NCBI GenBank assembly: GCA_013239625.1
Contig: MU053810.1
Span: forward strand, 2,429,518-2,493,517
Direction of reading: 5' to 3'
DNA length: 64,000 bases
Origin: Lama guanicoe
Lineage: Eukaryota
Shown: positions 26,926 through 40,132 of the stretch, in pieces
How positions within the stretch are numbered: the first letter of the stretch is position 1
Layout of the letters: every line of letters begins with the position of its first letter
Notes under the pieces: generated by a model
What the model was told of the DNA's origin: nothing
The model's input: only the letters and a program-made list of their open reading frames with translations
Database searches by the model: none
Position numbers and translations under genes: made by a program

Positions 26926-27614
26926 CTCTGCCTGTTGTTATTATTAAGAGCATGAGTCATGGTTGAGTCCCTGAGGGGAAGAGCCAGCACCAGGCAGAAT
27001 TCTGGTTGATCAGGCCAGATCAGGGTCGTAGGACTGCTCAGGGGGTCCCAGCAAGCTCTCCAAGAAGAGCCAGTCTGATCTAGCTGTGGGTTTGGGCAGC
27101 TCTGGGAGGACGCCTCGACCCACAGAACCCTTACCTGGTTGGCCTGGGAGGAGCTTGCAAATTCCTTCTGGAACACCCGCCGGGACCCCCTTCTGGCAGG
27201 GCTGCTCCACTTTCAGCTGTCTCACGTGTCGGGGGGTCTGTCAGAATCCATTTGAGTAAAGAAAGGAGGGAAGACGTCTAAGAACCACTGGAGGTACAAC
27301 CCCCTCCTCCTGCAGATTCCAGGGCTGAGGCCCAGAGCAGTTAGGCCATCTGCCCCAAGTTGCCCAGCCTGGAGTTCCTAACTGGGCCATGATCAGAGTC
27401 TGGCCTCTCTGCCTTTCCACCACCTGGGGCTGCATCAGATCCGGGGCCTCCTGCAGGGGGCACTCTTCCCATTGTATTTTATGTAACCGGCATTTCCCTG
27501 AGGTCCTGCAACCCCAGGACCTGGCAGTTAGAAAGCGCAAAGTCCCAGTTCCCTTCAGAGAGATCACAGCAATGACCAGAAAGTCATGTGCATCTTGCGC
27601 CATAGTGTTCAAAT

Positions 27615-27934
27615 CAGAGGGCACCAAACTTTCCAGACAGTTAATATTTGGCTTTCACAGGTCATCCCATCTCTGCCATACCCTCTTGGGTCTGCTGGGG
27701 TGGCACAGAGCAGCCACAGACAAGAAGTAAAGGAATTGTGGCTGTGTTCCAATAAAACTTTATTTATGGACACCAAAATTTGAATTTCATTTACTGTTCA
27801 TATGTCACAAAAGACTCTTCTTTTTTAATGTTTTCCAACACTTTAAAAATGGTAAAGCCATTCTTAGCTGACAGGCTATACAGAAACAGGCAGCAGGATG
27901 AATTTTGCCCATGAGCTATAATCTGGGGACTCCT
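27615..27934. mobile_element. MER58-like hAT MITE
   Basis: gcagccacagacaa..tgtggctgtgttccaataaaactttatttatggacac..aatttgaatttcat. Confidence 0.75.
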
Positions 27935-29094
27935 GGTTCTCCTGATTTGTCCCTATTCTTGTCTCTCCTGAGCTTTGTAAGAATTATGAAAAGTTGTGGA
28001 AGGGGATGCAAGTGTAAAATCCACTTCCTACAAACATAAATGGATCAAAACTCAGAGAGGCCAATCTTGCATGGTAGCGTCCAGTCTCTGGGATGCCTCT
28101 GCCTGTCTGGGGAAGCCACAGGGTCCCCAAGAGACCCTAGAAGGAGCCAGCTTTGAAGTAACTTTTCACTGGAGGCTGCTTAGAACCTGAACTGATCTTG
28201 CAAGTTGTGGTCCCCAAGGTTCTTTTCAAGATTTGTTCCACAAGCATAAATCCAGCAATGCCCCCTCAGCAAACTGGCAGCAGCCCGGGGCCACAGGGCA
28301 CACAGGGAAGAGTCACATGACGTCTCTTCCAGGTGCGCAGTTCTCACCCCTACGTACAAGAGTGCTCACCCACACGCGCCCCGCACAGAAGATCAGAGCT
28401 TCATGACACGCCTCTAGCACGGCCCTCGGCGCTAGAAGAACAAAATAACTTTAAGTGCATACAGGAGCTGGACTTGGGGTGGAGAGTGAGAGGGGAGGAA
28501 GACTCAAGGGCTTCCAGCCTGGAGACAGACAGAAGTGGGGGGAAGCAGGGTGAATTAAAACAAGTAAGAAAGACAGTTGGCAAGAAGATGTGGATGGCAA
28601 ACGGAGGCCACCCAGAGTGGAGAAGGAGCCCAGACCTGGTGTAAGAAGCACTGTAGGGCTTCTGAGGAGAGAAGTGATAGGAAGGAAGCAGGAAAAGGCA
28701 TTTTCATCCGGCAATATTGTATCAGATGGTAGAGAAAGAGGCAGAAAGTCCAGGAGAAATGTCTTCATCCGGAGACTGGTAGAGAATCCCAGCGGCGAGC
28801 TACAGGGAGCCTGACCCACAGCTGTGGCCAAGGTCATGCACAAGACGGCGTGCGAAGTCCCTTCCAAAGGAAGGGTGGGGACACCCAGATTCACTGGACC
28901 TCGAAGACCCAGCAGAGTCAACAGCGACTCCAGTGGACCCAGCGGGGCTGAGCGGGCCGGAGAGGGCACGTTGGTAGAGGCAGCCTCTTCCTCCCTCTTA
29001 GGAGCCTTCCGTCCGTGCAGCCACACTGACTGCAGTCAGCACAAATGCAGCAAGACTCCCACTCAAAGTCCCTGCACTCAGGCACAGTACAAGC

Positions 29095-29515
29095 TCTTTT
29101 CTTTTTTTCTTTCCTCAGTTAATAGACTATATATTTTTTTAGAGCAGCTTTAAGTTCACAGCAAAATTGAACAGAAAGCACAGAAAGTTCCTACATATCT
29201 GCCCTCCCCTCCTGGTCCCCACACATGACACACCCTCCCCCACTAACAGCATCCCACACCAGCTGGTACATTCAGCCCAGTCGGTCATCACCAGCCTCCC
29301 CCCAAGTCCACGGGTTACGTGAGGGTTTGCTCCGGGTGCGGTACGTTGCGTGGGCTTTGACAAGTGTCGTTACATGGAGCCCCCATTTATAGTATCGGAC
29401 CGCACTGCCCTAAAGATCCTCCGTGACCTGCCCTTCCCCACTCCCCCCCTCACCCCTGCTAACCACTCATCTTTTTCACTGTCTTTATACTTTTGCCTTT
29501 TCCAGAATGTCATAA
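29095..29515 (-). mobile_element. Old LINE-1 (L1MB/MC-like) 3' end
   Basis: tttagagcagctttaagttcacagcaaaattgaacagaaag...ttttgccttttccagaatgtcata. Confidence 0.7.
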
Positions 29516-32500
29516 AACCCTTTTATTTTAAAAAAATAAATGGTTTTATTTTTAAGGAATACACACAGAGGTATCAATCAAAAGATACAGGTTTTTAAAT
29601 AGTCTCTCTCCTTACGTCCAACAGACACTGCTCACTCGCTCGGTCCCTCTAATACCGGTTGACACATATGCATGCGTGCGTGCATGCATGCGTGTGAGAC
29701 TTTTGAGGGGAGATGTTGAAAATGAGGTGCTAGCAAGACACTTAGGTAGAGATGGGTAAACATCTGCAACAGTGGAAAAGGAATTCTAGTGACAGGTCAG
29801 ACCTGAATATGCAGATTCAGGCCCCCTGCCCAGCAGGGGGGCAGAAGGGGCTGCTGAAAATGGATGCGCTCCCCCAGGGAGCTCAGGGAGTGTGAGGACT
29901 CAGGCCAGGCAGAGATTTCTTAGAACCCACTATGAGTGAGGCCCCGTGGGGAGCACTGGCGTTTAAGGAAAGGTGCAGATAAGAGGTCCAGGCAGGGGGC
30001 TGCAGGGAGGGGTACACGTTATGGAGGCCTTGGAACGAAGTCAAGGACTGAGTCAGCACAGAAGGAGATGTCACACCTTTGCCACTGGATCCAGAAGAAG
30101 TTAAGATGAGCAAAAAACTAGGCGCCCTGGCAGAAAGAGGCAGTGGTGAGAGCAATTTCCCCTGGATCCTGGGGAGCAAAGCCAGATATTGAACGAATAG
30201 GGGATGCATCGGGAAGAAACGGAGGCCAGGAAGAAAACATGTTCCAACAGGTCAGAACACTTTCTCCAACACCTTTGGAGTCGGATGAATTTCAGAATCA
30301 GGTCTTTTTGAATTTTAGGAAAGCACCACAGCACACACCACTACATTAGGTTAGATGTTAACACACCCAGCAGAGCCAGGGATAAGCCCCTTGGTAAACA
30401 CGTTCATGTTTCTGCAGCGAGTCTACAACTATCCACACCAAGAGGGGCAGATGAAGATGATAAAGTTTGAGCTCCATCTTAAGAAGGTCTTTTCGCTTTC
30501 AGAGCCCTGGGGTCTCAGAGCAGGTAAGAGCCATGTAAGGGACCCGAGCTGAATTTCTTTTCAGTCTTTGGGTCAAGCATCACAGACTGATTTAATATCT
30601 GGAATAAAGTCATTTACCGCCACCGACAGTGAAGGCCCCTCAAGGGGGATCACGCATGCGTTCTTCCTTTAAACTGGACTCTAAGTGGCTTGAAGGCAGA
30701 ATTCAAGTCTGATTGTCGTCAGGTCCTCAGCGCAGGGCATAGCACCTGACGCCTGGTATGCGCCCCATCATTTTGGCTGCACTGAATTTTCACAACATCT
30801 AATAACTCTGCACGGGCCTGGTCCCCTCCTAACTGGGCTCCTCCTGCAGCCCACCCTCTGGCCCCGGTCCGCCCAGGCTCCAGAATCCCTCCTCAATTGT
30901 TATGCAGCTGGTACATCCTATTTCTCTTCTTAAATCCAAACTCAATAGCCATCTGTTTGTTCTGGTATTCCAGCACTAATTGCCATTCCTGATTTTGTTT
31001 GATATGTTTGACCTGGTATTTTAGAACTAACTCTTAATTGTGTTTTTATTTAATATGGATGGCACATATAGAGCAGGAGCATAAGGAATGCTATATAAAT
31101 GCAAATTTTATTGTATTTCACTCCAGACCTCAGAGACTTGCCAAACTTGGTTCTGCTCTGAAGAAGTTTTCCCCTGGGGGCTTAGCGAAGTCTCCTCTCA
31201 CTGTCTCCCCAGCTTCCTCAAAGCTGGGCGCATAGAGACAAACACCCATCACACACAAGCCAACAGTCCACCGACCCGTCTACCCACACCAAGGGCTTCA
31301 AATTCTACTGAGTTGTGCGTAAAATCACCAAAACTCACACACTACGTTATGACATTTTTTTTAAATGTCGCTTTGGTGAACTGGTTGAGTGAATTTTGCA
31401 GTAAGAAGCATCATTCTAACTGGGTCACTGACATTATATACAGTTTAAGTTTGCAAAGTGAAGAGGACCGTGTTCATGTTCCACTTTTTAAAGAACAGAT
31501 TCATCATTACAAAAATGTGCCATTAACCAGTAGATCAACTGGTGCAACTTGTAATGTTCCACTGAAACTCTTCAAGATAGGCTACTTCATCCACTTCCAG
31601 GAAGTGTCTGAAGTTGTCATTTTAATGAGATTTCAGATCCTGTAAGGGTTGATTAAGGTGTCGGTTTACAGCACAGGGATAAGGCTTGCGACTTGTGAAT
31701 CATGCCATTCAGGGGCCCCTGAGTCACCACACTCGGTCCCTATGCCCCAAGCAGCCGTGCTAGCCCTCATGCCACATGAGGGCTCAGAGCTCCCACTGTC
31801 CAGGGTCTTCATTTTGAACTTCTCACCCTGACCCATTCCTCGGGCCACATTCCATGCAGCCTTCACGCCTTCTGGCTTTTTCCATCATTGCTCATTCTTC
31901 CATTTCTGGTCCCTCCTCTCTTTATAGACTTGGCCCTCAGACTATCTTCTTAGCTCCGACCTTGGCTCTCTCTCAGCCTATCCACGGCTGGAAGAATGAA
32001 TGGATTTTATTTTCTATTCTTTCTTAGTCACCAATTCCGTCCCATTGTATTCTTGAAACAGTCCAATAGGTTATACACGTCTGCAATGTGAATGGCATAT
32101 TTAGTTTCCATTGCTGGGGACAGAAAATGCCTGCCATTTCAGGAATCTATCTTTAATGGTTTGTTTAATAACATTCTTTGTAGCCCAGAGCTGGTCATGG
32201 AAAATTACTAACATTCTCCATTTGTGGGGCATGGCCAGGCCAATGAAAAGCTACCAGTATTGTGATGAAGTCTCCATCGGTCTCTGAAGAGAACTGCCGC
32301 GTTAAGATACTCTGTTACCCCATATGTGAGCTCAGCTGTGTCACTGTGAGGTTGACTCTGTGCCTTCACCATCGCTGGTCTTTAGAAAACCAGGTATAGG
32401 TCACAGCTGTAAAGACTGCAGGAACTGCATGGGGACTGAAAATTCCATCTGTGTTCACACTGGGGCGGAAGCAGCAGAAATGACAAGTAATGACCCAGAA

Positions 32501-32806
32501 CGGTGGTGGGAGGCAGACTGCGAGGGTCAGAGGAACACAGAACTAGAAGCCAGCAAAAGGGGCAAGACCCAAGTGATTAAGGTGACAACCTGACCAGGAT
32601 TCTATGAGACACCAAGGCCCGGTAAAGGTCCTAGGAGCTGAGGAGCCACTACCGCGAGTAACCAGGACCGGACGAGCAAGCCCTGGTGTCCAGGAACCCT
32701 GAAGGCCACCGGGACATCAGCAGAGGCACATCAAAGTCAGGAATCCAGGAAACTGTGGGAACAGCATCGAGAGAGACGGCAGCGACCGGCCTTGGATAAG
32801 AGTCAG

Positions 32807-33120
32807 ACAGATGCTCATATGTGGAATCTAAAAAATACAACCAACTAGTGAACAAACCATAAAAGAAGCAGACTTACAGACACAACAGACAACAAACTAG
32901 TGGTTACCAGTGGGGAGAGGGGAGAGGCTGCAGGAGATTAAGAAGTATGAACTACTACGTATAAAATAAATAAGCAATGAAGATACAAAGCAGGGAAGAC
33001 AGCCAATATTTTATACTTATAAACAGAATATAACCTTTAAAAATTGTGAATCATTATATTGTACACCTGTAACTTATAATATACATCAAATATACTTCAA
33101 TTTTTTAAAAAGACTAAAAA
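32807..33120 (+). mobile_element. LINE-1 3' end
   Basis: ctcatatgtggaatctaaaaa...caaactagtggttaccagtgggg; TSD aagagtcag at 32798-32806 and 33121-33129. Confidence 0.85.
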
Positions 33121-34374
33121 AAGAGTCAGGTGACACTTATGTTCATATCCATATACTTCATGAGTGACTCTGGGCAAGCTAAAAATCTCTCTGAGCCTCA
33201 ACTTTCACATCTTTAAAAAAAAAAAAAAAAGGAATAAGAATAGTAGCCTGTATCCCCATGGGGTCTGAGGATGAAATGAGACCAGGCACTCAGATGTTTA
33301 GCCAAGTCCTGGCACCTAGAAACCACTGAATACGTGGTGATCAGTAAGACACCAGCTATCAAGAGGGGAGAAGAAATAACAAGCCGTGGAAATGATTGTC
33401 ATCTGCCTTCCTTTTACGTTTTATGATAGAGCAGGAATTGGGACCTGAGTCCGACTGGTCCTAAACCTGAAAGAATGAGCAGGAGCCTAAGTGCTCCTAG
33501 TTGAGTGAGCACCTTGTAGCCACAGGGGAGTCCTGGCACCTGCCTGAAGCCGGGTGCGAGCAGAACCACCCAGTGTCCAAGGAGGCGTGTCTGGGCCACA
33601 GAAGAGCAGCTCCTTCCTTCAGCTAAATGGTCTCTGTTTTACACTGATTCCAGCCCAGGTCACCAGCAATCCAAGTGTCTTGTCTTCAGATTCATCTTTT
33701 CTGAACAATGTTTGGCAATTGTGCCCTTGGCTCATGGAGGGGTGCTTAACAGTGGCTCTGTGAACCTGGCCATTGAAAATACAACACTGTGGACTTTGTC
33801 CCTTCTATCTCATGACGTCCCTTTCTTGGGACCTTCAGGAGATGCTCAAAGGCCAGAACTTCTCCAGAGCAACTGGTGTGCTTTCATCTAGTGGGAAGTG
33901 TGGTTTTTCAACATAGTCCTAGTGTTCCTCTTTACTCTGACCTTTAAGAACTCGTAACTAAATTTAGACCCCTTTGAGCAATTATGCAGGCTACATAGTT
34001 CATGCTAATCTATTTTTGTTAGCTGAATTTTAAGATTCTGAGCCTAGATCTGAGGCCAGAAAATGACAGCCCATCAGCAAATCCAGCCTGCTTCCCATTT
34101 ATGGCTCCGATGAACACGCTGGACCATTTGACTATTTTTTTTACTGCTTTGGTGGTGCAACAGCAGAGCTGATAATTGTAGCAGAAATTGTGTGGGCCAA
34201 AAAGCCCAAAATCTTGCTCTAGACTTATTTTCTTCCAATCTTGTTCTCTTGATTTTTACCCTGTTGTGTATTTTGTAAGCTGCCTCAGATCCATTTTGGA
34301 AGAAAGCAAATTACAAATAATTTAACATTAAAGAGAGGCAGAGAGGGCCACCAGACTCACTGTAGTTCTCAACA

Positions 34375-34430
34375 ACACCCACACACACACAAACACACAC
34401 ACACACACGCAGGCACACACATGCACACAT
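34375..34430. repeat. (CA)n microsatellite
   Basis: Imperfect CA array seen directly. Confidence 0.9.
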
Positions 34431-37077
34431 GAGACTGCAGGAAATTGGAGCAGCCCTCCCTGGTGTGTGCACCGAGCTGTAGTCAGAGCGAAAGGAATCA
34501 TCACACATCCCCCAACTGGATTTCAGTCCTGGGTCTTGAGGATTCCTCTCTCCTAGAACTCATTAAAGTTGTTCTCCCTAAGAGCTTTACCAAGTTCCTC
34601 CAAATAATCAGTTTTCAGAAGGTCCCCCTAGAAGCTGAGAGAAGAACTCCTGAGCATGGAGAAGGAGCAGCACAGAGGCCAGGCAGCCTGCGATACCTTC
34701 CACTCAGCGCCAAGCTTGACGTGGAAATTGGATCGTGATGATGACAATTATGAAAAATAAAAACCTGGGTGTTTTTTTTTTTCATAATTAAACCCACATT
34801 CAAATGATAATTGCTGTTATGAGTTTAATGCCCAGACTTGTTTCTCTTCCAAAAATAAGTGAAAAATCAGTCAGGCTATAACTTAGTAATGCTCTTAAAT
34901 CTGACTTAATAAGGAGCAAAACATCTGATTTGCAAGGAATTTGGTGTTTGGTTCCCTCTAGCTGAAAGTGGTTTTACTTTTCTCTCCACGCAGGGTATTT
35001 CTAGGGAGAGCCTCTCATCAGAAATGACCAATCTTAGGGCGTGTGTTTATTTTGTATAAGATGTACATGTTTTCCAGGATCAAGTTTAATTAACAAAGCA
35101 TTGTATGGTCTTATCAGCAGAATCCTGAAAATGGAAGCTGGCCATTAAAGTGTACACCAGCATATCATTAAAATTGCACAATGATCTTGGTCTCTCTCAC
35201 TGCCTAATGTCAATGCAAAAAGACGGCAGTTAGGAAGAAAATTTATGGCTGGGGTGAAATAAACAAGAGGCCCCTGAGAAATTTACTGAGAAAGTAACTT
35301 TAGGGACTTTTTCCCTGAAAACTGTTCAAGCCTTAAGCAACTGCAATTATACTTTTAATCTTACAGTAAATACTGTCTTTATAATTAAGAAAAAATCCCT
35401 TGTTCCTATTCTCTTAAAAGGGACTTCCCCCTCCCCACCCCACCCCCATTCACTTAAAAAGAAAACCATTTCCTGGTAAAATCATAAGAGAAACCAGGAA
35501 GGTATTGATCCCATGAAAGAAAATCACTTGCACATCAAAATTAAAAATTACACCTTGGCAGAATCATAAAGATACATTGCTTCCTTTGGTTCCTTTAGAA
35601 CATAAGAGAGTTTGAATCACTCACATTCTTGGCTGTTTTTTCCCCACTCACACAGGGAAACCAGGAGGAACGCAGGAATCAAAGAGCTACATTCCTCTTC
35701 GCCACAAAGTACTCACACTTGGCAAATGGTGAAGATTTGGGCCATCCTTTTTTAAATGATTGCCTAGCAGCGAGGAGTTCAGACCAAGTACAAATAAGAG
35801 CCTCCATGCTTCCTTCTAGCTCTGTGTCCGTGGCATCGAGAGAGCCCGGGGTGCAGGGGAAAAAATCCAAATTTCTGTGTCGCGAGGCATGCATTACTCA
35901 GCAGCACTGGCTCTGACATCGTGGAAGTGGGACAAGAGTCATTTTCTCGGGCAAGACTTTTTGATGTCCCTGTAAATGGTTTCTGCATCTAGTCCAATTG
36001 AATGGGTGTGGAAGTGTATTTATTGCAATCACAAGGATGTGCAAATTTATTTGTAGTATAAATGGCCCTTTCCACGAGTCCTGGCTGTCAATAGCTCCCT
36101 GTTTTCCTGGAGTGCCCCAGGAGCCCAGTATGTTTTGTTTCTGAAGCGTGGTACCTGGAGAGCTAAAATAACAATCTTGTTAATGAGAAGACCATGGGAC
36201 TAACTGCTGTTTTTCAGTGTTTCCACGGGCCGTACCTTTTAATTGCCGAGTGCTGGCAACTTAACAGACTGTAATGAGTACATTGTTTCTCCCTTTTTGC
36301 ACAAAGCCCCTTAAGCGGGATGGAAACGGGAGTCTGTTTTGTGTACAGAGCAGAGAAGACTCTTATTAAAAGCTGACAGAAGCGTTTGGAATGAGGAGTT
36401 TATTTTGACTGGAGAGGTGTGTCTCGATAGTTTGCATTCAGATGCAGGAGGGAAAAAAAAGAGGAAAAGTGGATTAGCCTCAATCATCTGTGAGATGACA
36501 TTTCTTGTCGTGTTTGAAGTATTTTATGAATTAGAGAATGGGACTGATTTTGAAGCCTAAATTAATTTAATCTGTTTGCTTTTGTTTGATACACCAGCTG
36601 CAGCGACACACCCTCCTTCTTTGAAAACCTCCAGCCTCGAGGGTCTGGGTTTGGAGTGAGTACAGCCATGTGGGGGTGCCTGCCTTGTAGGGGGAGGGAA
36701 CCGGTTTTCAGTGTCCTCCGTGGACGTCCGGCATTCTTGGATGGGGCTGCCTCTCCAAGTTCAAGGTAGATGCTCTCACACTCACCCACGAAGCTTTTTA
36801 TTAAAGGAGAACTTGCCGGCCGAAGACAACAGGAGGGGAAGAAAGGAAATTATTATTCTAACTCCTTTCCTTCCTAGCACATTTTCAATAGGGAAAGAAA
36901 AAAAGAAAGAAAAAAGAAAAACAAACAAAAAATCCCTTGAGGGTGAAGATGAAAAAGGCAGAAAGGTTCCCTTCCGTTATGGCCCATTAGCGGTGACTGA
37001 CACCCAGTCTGCCACACATTCGGCGCGTCCGTAAAACCCCACTTGTGTTTAGAATCAGGATTTCTTTGGTGCTGTAG

Positions 37078-37153
37078 ACAGGCCAGATCGCTCGAGTTCT
37101 TGGTAACAACCATGCATCTGTGTCCCAGAATCTTCATGACTCCACCTCGGAAG
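37078..37153 (+). other. Candidate small exon of an unidentified host transcript
   Basis: Possible acceptor tttctttggtgctgtag ending 37077; good donor AAG/GTAAGG at 37153/37154; acaaccATG at 37112 gives MHLCPRIFMTPPRK ending in phase 0. No homology recognised. Confidence 0.25.
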
Positions 37154-38177
37154 GTAAGGACTCTGTGCTTCTCAGCAGGACAGAGAGAAAGTACTTGTGT
37201 TTACAGTAACACCGTCTGAGTGTTCACAGGTCAGTGCTCCCCAAACTCTCCGTTACTCAAGAGGAGATTAAGTTAACCTGGTTCATCTCAGTATCAATGT
37301 ATCGCCAAATCAGGTTGGCTTCTCACAGCCTAATACACTGAGGAGAGATTATTTCAAAGCTGAAAGAAAGAAAAGTGAGATTTGCCTATGGTGGTGCTTG
37401 ATTCAGGATTTCAGATGACGTAGGTCTGGAAGGAAAGCAGGCCAGCCAATTTTAGAAAAAGAAGTACTTGGAGAAATCAAGAAGGGGCAAGAAGTATCCG
37501 AGGACAGTCGCATCCCACTGGGCAGTTTCTGGTGGCAAGACATTACTGAAAGTCCACGAGGCATTTGTGGATTCAATTCTACAAGGACCTTTGAGGGTGG
37601 AAGGTGGAGAAAAGGAAACTTGTTGAATTTCCTGATGCGTCTCATCCATCAGGGCATTTGCACATGTCGAGCTGGACACCTCTTCTAAGGTCTGCCACCC
37701 GAGGTGCACATTGAGCTGAGTGCCTGGTCTCTTGCCCTCCAGGAGTGGCACCTGCAGAGTCTGAGCTGAGTCCCTGCCGGTGCCGCCCAGGGTAAGCCCA
37801 GGATGGTAAACCAGGCTGCTTTTCTCCAGAGCACTTCAGCTCCTCCGGAGAAGCATAACTCCACGTGCATAATAAGTACAGCTCCTCAGCAGCCTTCCTC
37901 TAAAAATTTCCTCTCTGCGTTGTGGAGTATTATTTAATGTTGACTTTAAAAAAATAAAAAAGGAAACTGCTTCCACCTTTGAAAAGAAATGGCAGTTTCT
38001 TAAAATCGATGCAAACGTGTTTCATTTATTTTCACAAGTCCGTCCTTTCCAAGATATACATTCGGACCAAATGGTGCAGAACTTGGAGGCCAAAATGTGT
38101 GAGTGAGCTTTGCTCCACTATACAACTGGTTCAGGCAGATCCACTGGCCCTAACACCTCCACCGAGCAGGTTTTCAG

Positions 38178-38778
38178 TGGGGAAGGGTAGCGCACTATGG
38201 TCACCCCGAAATATGAGTGTAGGTGTTCAGGATGGGTCACCCCACAGTATGCCGATTTGGCGTATTGATGATTTTGAGCTGTAGGCACTCGAAAAATAGC
38301 AAATAGAGGGAGAGGCTTTCTCTGAACTCCCCTCCTCTGCCTAAAGACAGATCCTCCAAAAGGAACTCAAGTGTCATAGGTCCCCTGCCAGGCAGTTTCC
38401 TCAACCAGGGAAGGTGCACTCTTGTCACTGGAGAAGAGACGAGAAGGTGACACCACACCCAGATAAACGTGGTCACCAACTACCTCACCTCACCTCCCAT
38501 CTCTTCTTCTAAGGACCCTGACGTCTCCTAAAAATCATGTACTCTTCCCTAAGAGCCTACGTGCTCCCTCCCCTTTCCCTACTAAGACAGTGTTTAGGCC
38601 TGAATTCTAAGCCACCTCGGGGAGTTACCCATCACTCCCGGAGAATGTCCTGTGGATTCCTGAGGTCTGCCTGTTCATCAACTTCCATTTGTTTTTCTTT
38701 CATTCATCTGTCTTTTCTTACACGGGTCTCAACCAAGAACTCAGAAGGGTAGAGGGAAGATTAGCTTTCCTCCCCATA
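38178..38778 (+). mobile_element. Solo LTR, MER34/MER39-like (ERV1)
   Basis: Duplicated ggtcacccc..atatg start, gattttgagctgtaggca, ctgcctaaa; ends agaagggtagagggaaga..ttcctccccata. Related to the 41.5 kb LTR. Confidence 0.7.
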
Positions 38779-39989
38779 TAACGGGCAGTTCTACATTTCT
38801 GAGATTGAATATTTCTCTGTGGTGAGGGGGAGAGAGAGCACAAATGCAGGAAAGATGAACTGGGAAGCCCAGGGTACCAGGACACCAAAAATAAGCAGGA
38901 AGCTGGTGCAGGGGATGCTTCTGCGGGCCCTTTCCTCCCTGTTTCCTCCACTTTCCTGCCCTATAGCCCTTCCCTCTATCTCTCCCCTCCTCCTCTTCCA
39001 AGGGACTATTAGAGCAGATGTTCACGTCAAATGGCAGCCGTGGCAAGTAAGCAGACAGAGTGAATGTCCACAGAGGGTTCAACCCTTAATATGTGGCAGG
39101 GCTGAGTGGCCACAGGCCATGCCACTTGAGGGCCCTGCCCCAGGGCCTTTTCACGGCCTCTGGCCTAGCCACCTTGTCACCACAGGCTTCAGACACGGCT
39201 CCTGTGCATTCAGAAACAATTGGTTTTAAAAAAGATCCCCAGCAGCTTGCTTGCAGGTCTGTTTGCCAAGCTGGAGGTCTGGAGCCGCTTTCTCCATGAT
39301 GACGAGGACAAAAGGGTGCTCGGCTCCTTTTAAAGGGCAATCACTTCATTACCCAAAAACTATTCACCGTATTTCCACTATGAGGAGATTCCAGATGTGA
39401 ATAGCTCCACCCTGTATGTAAAGTGTTTTGGATTCAGGTTTGGAAAGCTGTTTCTGCCACTTGGCATTGGAAAGAATCAGGGCCCCCTGACTTTTTGCAC
39501 AGGGACCTTGAGCTTAGAAAGTTTAAAAACACTGATAAATCTCGTTAAGCCTTTGAGATGGCAAAACAATCCCAAATCTGCAGAGAAGACCCTGAGAGGG
39601 TCCTGATCTCCCCCAGCAAGAGGGACAACTCCCAAGGGAGCCCAGCAAGAATTCCAGGCTTTTCTCTAGACTCTTGCTCCAATTTTCATGTAAATCAATC
39701 TCTCTAAGCCTCTGTTTCCCCTTCGGTAAAATGGGAAGGATAATTCCTGCAGGACAGATACTGTGCAGACTCGGGGAAAGGATTATGTAAAGCATTTAAA
39801 ACCCAGCTTTGCTTGTCAGTGCTGTGCTGTAATTATTGTCACTGTTACTATTACACCCATCAAACTGTATCATCTCCTCCCCACTGGGAATTCATTTTGA
39901 GGTTATACCTTCTGGTCTTTTTTGTATGAAAGTTATTTGCAAGCAAATGAAGGGTAGTCCTAGCCAATATAAAATGAGAAACGATTCTT

Positions 39990-40132
39990 GATTTGGTTTT
40001 GGTTTTAGGGGGAGGAGGGTAGGTAACTTGGTTTATTTAAGTATTTATTTTAATGGAAGTACTGGGGATTGAACCCAGGACCTCATGCATGCTAAGCATG
40101 TGCTCTACCACTGAGCTAGACCACCACCTGCC
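39990..40132 (-). mobile_element. tRNA-Ala-derived SINE (Vic-1 type)
   Basis: gtactggggattgaacccaggacctcatgcatgctaagcatgtgctctaccactgagcta; short flanking repeat gattctt. Confidence 0.88.

Noticed and set aside
29829..29844. CTCF site ccagcagggggg cag
   Set aside because: One extra G breaks the core spacing.
28451..31645. Longest ORFs (191 aa at 28451-29026, 185 aa at 31088-31645; also 170 aa at 4710-5222)
   Set aside because: No recognisable domain, no convincing splice structure, and composition typical of random ORFs in mammalian non-coding DNA.
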